Source: Carcharhinus amblyrhynchos
Lineage: Eukaryota
Direction: 5' to 3'
Length of the DNA stretch: 64,000 nt
NCBI GenBank assembly: GCA_965287045.1
Contig: OZ336874.1
Coordinates: 22,196,001-22,260,000 of the forward strand
The position numbers and the translations under genes are program-made. Shown here piece by piece: positions 57,271 to 64,000 of this stretch. Under the pieces are notes generated by a model that worked only from the letters and a program-made list of their open reading frames with translations, was not told where the DNA came from and did not search any database. The stretch's first letter is position 1, and each line of letters opens with the position of its first letter.

Positions 57271-59020
57271 ATTACATTCACTCTCTTTGTTTTGCTTTGT
57301 ATGTGTACTTCCCTCAACCACGTGGCTAAGTAAACTACTACTAATTATCCAAGAATTCAGAATTGGACAACCAGATATTTATACAGAAGAGCTACCAACA
57401 TTTGTTTCAGAACGATCAAATTATTAGCATTAATATTTTTGAAATCTCAGAAGGAATTTGATTTTAATTAGCTTGTGGTACTTTACAATTGGACTAGGTA
57501 TAGGCTTCTAGCACCAAAGATTACAGTAGTAGTCCAGAATTGAGGTATTAATTTGACTTGATCTTCAAATCAACATAAGGGTAGGATTGAAAACAAGAAC
57601 TAGCTGAATGTTCAATAACATCTCCACATTTTTTTCAATTTATAAATAAAACTGTGGGCTGTGTCTTTATGCTATACACAAGATTTTTTATTCTTTCATG
57701 GATAGGCCAACATTTATTGCCCATTCCTAATTGCCATTGAGAAGGGGTGGTGAGCTGCTGCAGTGAACCTACAGTGCTGTCAGGTGTTTGAGGATTTTGA
57801 TCCAGTCACAGTGAAAGAATGGCAATATATTTCCAAATCAGGATGTTAAGTGGCTTGGAGGGGAATTTCCAGATGTATCCCTATGCATCTATTGGTCCTG
57901 TCCTTTTAGGTGGTAGTGATTGTGCGTTTGGAAGGTGCTGTTTAAGGAACCCCCTGCATTGTGTCTTGTAGATGGTACACTCTGCTGTCATTGTGCATTG
58001 GAGAGAGTGAATGTTTGTGGAAGGAATGCCAATCAATTGGGCAGCTTTGTCCTGGATGGTGTCCAGCTTCTTCAGTGTTGTTGCAGTCATCCAGGCAAGT
58101 GGACAGCATTGCATTACACTCATTACTTGTGCCTTGTAGATGGTGGACAGGCTTTGGGAAACCAGGAAATGGGTAACTTGCCACAGACTTTCCTGCCTCT
58201 AACTTGCTATTGTAGTGACAGCATCTATATGGTTAGTTCAGTTCAGTTTCTGATCAATGGTAAACCCCACAATATGAATAGACATGGATTTGGTGTTGGC
58301 AATGCCATTCAATGACAAGGGAAGATGATTAGATTCTCTCTTATTGGAGATGGTCATTGCTTGACACCTGTCCAACGCTTGTCATTTATCAGTCCAAGGG
58401 TTTATTACAGTTAGACATGATCTGCTACAGTATGTGAGATATTATGAATAGTGCTGAGCATTGTGTAGTCATCAGGGACCTTCCCACCTCTGAGCATATG
58501 ATGGAGGGAACATCATTGCTGAAGCATCTGAAGAGACTTTGGCTGAGGAGACCAACCTGAGGAACTCTACACTGATGTCTTGAAACTAAGATGATTAATC
58601 TCCAACAATCCACAACCATTTTTCTTTGTACACTGATGTCCTGGAATTGAGATGATTAATCTCCAACCTTCCACAATCATTTTCCTTTGTGCTAGATATG
58701 AATCCAAGTTTTTCCCGACTCCAGTATTACTCAGGCTCCTGGATGCCATACTTGATGAAGTGCTGCCTTGGTGCCAAGTCAGTCACTCTCACCTCACCAG
58801 TTGACTTCAGGTCTTTTGGCCATGGCAGTGCCAGGGCTGTAATGAGATCAGGAACTAAATGACCCTTGCAGAACCCAACCTGAATACCAGTGAGTAAGTT
58901 ATTGCAGAGTTAGTATCACTCGATAGCACTACTTATGACCACTCATCACTTTATTGATGACTGAGCTTAGACTAATCGGGTTGTAAATGGTTGGGTTGCA
59001 CTTGCCCTGCTTTTTGTGGA

Positions 59021-59560
59021 AAGGATGTGGAGATGCCAGCGTTGGACTGGGGTAAGCATAGTAAAAAGTCTGACAAAACCAGGTTAAAGTACAACAAGTT
59101 TATTTGATAGTACAAGCCACAAGGTTTCAGAGCGCTGCTCTTTCATCAGGTGAGTGGGAGTCATGTTCACAAACAGGGTATAATAAGACACAAACTCAAT
59201 TGACAAGATAATGGTTGGAATGCGAGTCTTTACAGGTAATCAAGTCTTAAAAGGTACAGACAGTGTGAGTGGAGAGAGGGTTAAGCCATAGGTTAAAGAG
59301 ATGTGTATTGTCTCCACATTACACATCTCTTTAAGCTGTGCCTAACCCTCTCTCCACTCATTGTCTGTACCTTTAAGACTTGATTACCTGTAAGGATTTG
59401 CATTCCAACCATTATCTTGTAAATTGAGTTTGTGTCTTATTATCCCCTGTTTGTGAACATGACTCGCACTCACCCGATGAAGGAGCTGCACTCCAAAAGC
59501 TTGTGGCTTGTACTACCAAATAAATCTGTTGGACTTGAACCTGGTGTTGTGAGACTTCTT
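59021..59560 (-). mobile_element. Penelope-like fold-back element, same family as 666-940, inserted into a CR1
   Basis: Arms of ~245 bp (~59063-59307 and ~59320-59560) with a 12-nt loop. Unpaired tail 59023-59062 is the reverse complement of ~897-936. Direct repeat ctttttgtgga at 59010-59020 and 59558-59568. Confidence 0.85.
59117..59153 (-). ncRNA. Minimal hammerhead ribozyme motif
   Basis: Minus strand reads ucac-CUGAUGA-a-AGAGC(agc)GCUCU-GAAA-cc-UU-gugg. The plus-strand partner at 59470-59506 has mutated boxes (CCGAUGA, AAAA). Confidence 0.65.
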
Positions 59561-60324
59561 TTTGTGGACAAGACACACCTGGGGGAAATTCCACACTGCT
59601 GAATAGATGACAGCATTGTTACTGTATTAGAATAGCTTTGGCTCAGGGTGTAGCTATTCCTGGAGGACAAGCCTTCAGTACTGTTGTCGAATATGTTCAG
59701 GGCCCTTAACCTTTGCTGTATCCAGTAACTTCAGCCCTTTCTTGATATTATATGGAGTGGATCAAATTAGCTGAAGACTAGCATCTGTGATGCTAGGGAC
59801 CTCCAGAGGAGGCCAAGACACTTCTGACTAAAGATATTTGCAAATACTTCAGCCTTGACTTTTGTGCTGATGTGCTGGGCTCCCCCATCATTGAGGACAT
59901 GGATATTTGTGGAACATTCTCTCTCAGTGAGTTGTATAGTTGCCCCCACCATCCCCAATTGGACATGGCAGGATTGCAGAGCTTAGATATGATCGCTTGG
60001 TTGTGGTATTGTTTAATTGTCTATGACTTGTGCTTCCACTGTTTGGCATGCAAATAGTCATGTGTTATAGATTCAACAAGTTGATAGCTTATTTTTAAAT
60101 ATGCCTGGTATACCCTCCTGCATTTTTTTATGGTAACCGGACCAACGTGAAAGAAAGTAGACACAATGTACTTTAGGAAATTAAGGTCGTTTAAAAAAGC
60201 AGATGTGCCCCTCTAATTCTACAGCAATGAATCAAAGACCACTAAACGCTAACTAAGCCAGATTTTCTTAATCTAACTAAATAAGTTAGCAAATATATAT
60301 TAAATTTGGAAGATTTCAGCAGGT

Positions 60325-60765
60325 CAGCTGTGGCTATGTTGGTAGCTGTCTCACCTCTTAATCAGGAAGTTGTGGGTTCAAGTCCCACTTCAGAACTTGG
60401 GTACAAATAGAGATTAACATAGGTTACTGAGGGATTATTGACCTGTCAGATATCTTGCCTTATGAGTAAGATGTTCTTCTCAGCTGGATGTATAACATTC
60501 AATACATTATTTGAAAGAAGAGTAGGTGAGTTATCCCTAATGATCTGACCAATATTTATCCTGCAATCAAAGTCAAAGAAACAGATTGCTTGGCCATTCC
60601 CACACTGCTATTTTTGGGAGCTTGCTGAACCCAAATTGGCTGTTGTGTTTACAGTGACAAGAAGTACTACTTGTCGTAATAGTAGTAATACATCATAAAG
60701 TACTTCATAGGCTGTCAAGAACTTAGGAACATCCTCTGATCATAAAAGATACTGATATAAATACT
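60325..60765 (+). mobile_element. DeuSINE-type (SacSINE1/AmnSINE1-like) element
   Basis: tRNA head gggttcaagtcccact; Deu-like core gaagagtaggtgagttatccc...caatatttatcc...tgggagcttgctg...aaattggctg; L2-like tail. Confidence 0.7.
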
Positions 60766-61099
60766 AGTTTTTCTTTTTAGGTCCTATAAATTACATTTTG
60801 GTACTGATTGCTTCAAACTTCAAAATTAATCATCCAAAATTTCAAGAAGATGTTAGATATATCTCTAGGGATATGGGGCGGGGGGGGAGGGGGGAGGGGG
60901 ATCAAGATATTGAATTTGATGATCAGCCATGATCAAAATGAATGGCAGAGTAGACTTGAAGAGCTGAATGGCCTACTCCTGCTTCTAGTTTCGATATGTT
61001 GGTGATTAATTTTGACTTTTCCATAGATTGATTCTACAGATATTTTAATATTAATACAGATATTTGTCTTTTTCAACAGATGTTTTTCAAGAAAGTTTT

Positions 61100-61410
61100 T
61101 TTTTATTCATTCGCGGGATGCGATTGTGATTGTTATTGTCTGGGCCAGAATTTATTACAGTCTGCCATATTGCTGTGGGCCTGCAATCACATATAGGCCA
61201 GACCAGATACAGATTCCCTAAAGGACAGTGAACCAAATAGGTTGTTATGACAATTGACAATGGTTCTATTATGACCATTAAACTTTTAGTTCCAGTTTTT
61301 TGTTGAATTCAAGTTTTACTCATGGTGGGATTTGAATCCAAGTCCCCAGAACATTACCCTGGGTCTCTGGATTACTAGTCCAGGGAAAATACCTCTACAT
61401 CGCTGCCTTT
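61100..61410 (-). mobile_element. tRNA-derived SINE (same family as 9295)
   Basis: cacatataggccagaccag...catggtgggatttgaatcc...ctctggattactagtcca. Confidence 0.7.
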
Positions 61411-63059
61411 TACCAATGTGTACATTCACTCCACAAGTGCAACCAGTTCTCATGGCCCAAAACAGCAACCTTTAGCTTGTTCTCCTTTTGTTGTTTCCTG
61501 CTTCTTTCTCCTTCAATCCATAAAATAACTAGCAAGTTCTGACATGTTGAAGCTTTTTTGCTGTTAGTAGTGACTTGGTATGTAAATGTTAAGGTTTGAA
61601 TAACATAACTTTAATTAGGTCCCACCTTATGTGCTGAGATTCAACGAAACATTAGTTTTTGCAACAAGGGTTCAAAATCCAGAGCTGTGCATTTTGTTTA
61701 CTAATGGTGCTGGCAATTGTACTTTGCCCCTAATTGTAGCTCTATGATTGGCTTGAAGTATCAGGAAATATTGGAGTTAGCACCATTACAAATGGTAAGC
61801 ATTGAATCCCACTACAAAATCTTTAGATGTCTCAAAAATCTATTACACTTCAAAAGAAGGCTTTGATAAATAGTGTGTTTTAATCGTAAAGATTCATAAC
61901 TAAAGCTATAGTTTTAGCAGGCACAAGAGTCTTACACAATTTACTATACAATGCAATGAAACAGCTGAAAGATTTCTTTTCCCAGTTTATGCATTTTTTT
62001 AAATTAGAAAGGGAAATCAGTTCAAATCCTATAGTTTTTCTTCAGTGCAAAAAGATATTGTATTATTAAACAGATTAGTGCATGGGAAGATTGAAAGAAT
62101 CGAGGTTTCCTTACAAGTTGCAGAGTATTGTTGGGGTGGGGGTGAATGGAGAAGAAATTCTCTTTGTTTGACAGTTTAAAAGTTTGCTGTTTGAGGCATA
62201 ACATCGACAAAACTAGAGTTGTAACATGGAACTCAATTCTCAATACAGCTAAGCCTGAATTGAAAGTACTTTTTATTACTGATCAATTGGAACCATTCCT
62301 CTATAGTCGAAGAATAGCATCCATTCATGTTGACCTCATATAATATCATGACATCATTCTGATTTTGAACTTTCTTGGTTTCTGGGGTTGTTTGCTTAAT
62401 CAGGGTCAAAACGTGCATGTGTACCTCACATCTTGAAAAAAACTGTATGCTGGGTTTCCGTAAAAAAAAGTTAACAAAAGGGTTCAGTGTCTTTCAAGAG
62501 GGCATACCTAGGCGTAAGGAAAGCTAGCCATTTCGTAAAGCTGGCTATTATTGTAAGGATTCTATTGATCATTCACAATCAGAGTTTTGCGTTTTAGACC
62601 AGCTGACAACGTTGAGAATTGCATTCTCTGCCCCGTGCCACAAAGACCATTATGGCTTGAAGGCTATTCTTTTCCAGCCAGGAGGCAAAAACAAAGAGGG
62701 TGGAGTTTTATAGGCTCACACGTCCCAAAACCAAAAAAATCCCACCCAAGGTCAACAAACCTGCCCATGTTCCACCCATCACCTGCTCTGATTCCTGTGG
62801 CAGATGGAGCAGTAAAGTATCAGCCAGAAACTATGGACCACATTCTTCTATAGAGCTTATACCAAGAGAATGTTGTGAAGGTCTAACTGTCTGACTTCAA
62901 TTTCCCACGTACAACATCATCTTAATGATTTTAGTGTTGGGAGGGAACTCCAAAATTAAAATGTTGCTTTGAAAACCTCACATCTCCCATATTAGGGGGA
63001 CTTAAAAAATAACCCAAGTTTTCCATTGAGGTAAAAACCAAGTGCATTAGTCATACCTG

Positions 63060-63530
63060 AAGGATAAGAATGTATGAAATAGGAGCAGGAGTAGACCATT
63101 TGGCACTTTGTGCCTGTTTAATACAATCTTGATTGTTCTTCTATCTCAACTCCACCATCTGAAATTATCCCCCTGCATCTTAATTTCCTTAGTACCCAAA
63201 AGTCCATTATCTCTGACTTGAATATATTCAACAACTGGCCATTGAAGATTATCTAGGGTAAAAAAATAATTCTAAGATTCACAACACTGAGTGAAGAAAT
63301 TTCTCTTCATCTCAATATCTCAGTCCTAAATTCTGGGAGTATGTCCCCTAACTCTAGATTTTGCAACCAGGGTAAACATCCTCCCCACAGCTATCTTTTC
63401 CTTTGTTTAAATTAGACAACGTTTCATTTATATAAATTTGAGAGGAGTTAGGCTTAGTCTACTCAATCTCCTGTTATTTTCATTGCCTCTATGTTGAGTT
63501 TATTCTTTCTCAAATAAGAAGACAAAAGTG
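63060..63530 (-). mobile_element. CR1 LINE 3' fragment
   Basis: aaataggagcaggagtagaccatt...gtgaagaaatttctcttcatctc, reverse complement of the 18430-18980 type. Confidence 0.8.
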
Positions 63531-64000
63531 GACAGATGGATGTGGCCAATTGTTCTGGTGCCATATGACTGGGATGTTCAAAACCTGATGCAGTGTCCTC
63601 TGATCCTACCCACACACTCATTTGCCTCTTCTTCACCAAACTAATTTCAACTTCTGCACTTTAAACTTCCCAGTTTTAACTGTTGAAAAAGTTGATCTGA
63701 CTTGAATCAACCAGGGAGCAGCCATTTTTTGTCAGCCAGGAAGAAACGTATCAGTAATGCAGGTCCAGGAACTTAGATTGGATGCTGATATGATTTCAAG
63801 CTTCTGAGGAGAGAGAAAATAGAGGGGAAAAAAAGGAGCGAATAGGGCCAAAAGAACAGAGAGGGGAAGGAAGGCAGCAGGTGATAGGGAAGCATAATGG
63901 GTGGAAAGAGGATATGAGGGAAGTGTAGTCTTAAATTTTGTGTATGGAAATAAGAACAGTTTTATTTGAGGATCTTAGATTTTGCATTTATTTTTGTAAC

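Larger units (their letters stand above)
57685..60110 (-). mobile_element. CR1-group LINE (RT to 3' tail), with nested Penelope and a 61-bp tandem duplication (58568-58690)
   Basis: ORFs 57881 (LAWM....TTLKKLDTIQDKAAQLIG), 58425 (VPQ...F..F.ND.PSII.SEV) and 59767 (KAEVFANIFSQKC). Confidence 0.85.

Noticed and set aside
59021-59560. Hairpin as a miRNA precursor or a DNA MITE
   Set aside because: The asymmetric tail, long TSD and hammerhead boxes fit a Penelope inverted pLTR better.

Overview
Eukaryotic genomic DNA. The repeat set (HE1/V-SINEs, DeuSINE, CR1/HER1 LINEs, Penelope) points to a cartilaginous fish, probably a shark. The window holds the 5' part of a Nuclear Factor I gene, NFIB, on the minus strand: coding exon 1 (51381-51410, MMYSPICLTQ), a 5.9 kb intron 1, the 532-nt DNA-binding-domain exon 2 (44928-45459), and more than 44.9 kb of intron 2 running off the left edge. 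About 17 kb around the promoter and exons (~40.2-57.0 kb) has essentially no transposons; the flanks are dense with SINE, LINE, LTR and MITE remnants. The most notable non-genic structures are two fold-back Penelope-like elements (666-940 and ~59021-59560). Each is flanked by a target-site duplication and carries minimal hammerhead-ribozyme motifs on both strands. Also present: a second hammerhead-bearing Penelope family, a 637-bp direct duplication of non-repeat intronic DNA, a Gypsy 3' remnant with its LTR, and a solo LTR with a 5-bp TSD. Almost all other ORF-track entries are spurious. No clearly novel protein-coding system was found. All family names come from recalled consensus motifs, not from database searches, and repeat boundaries are approximate.
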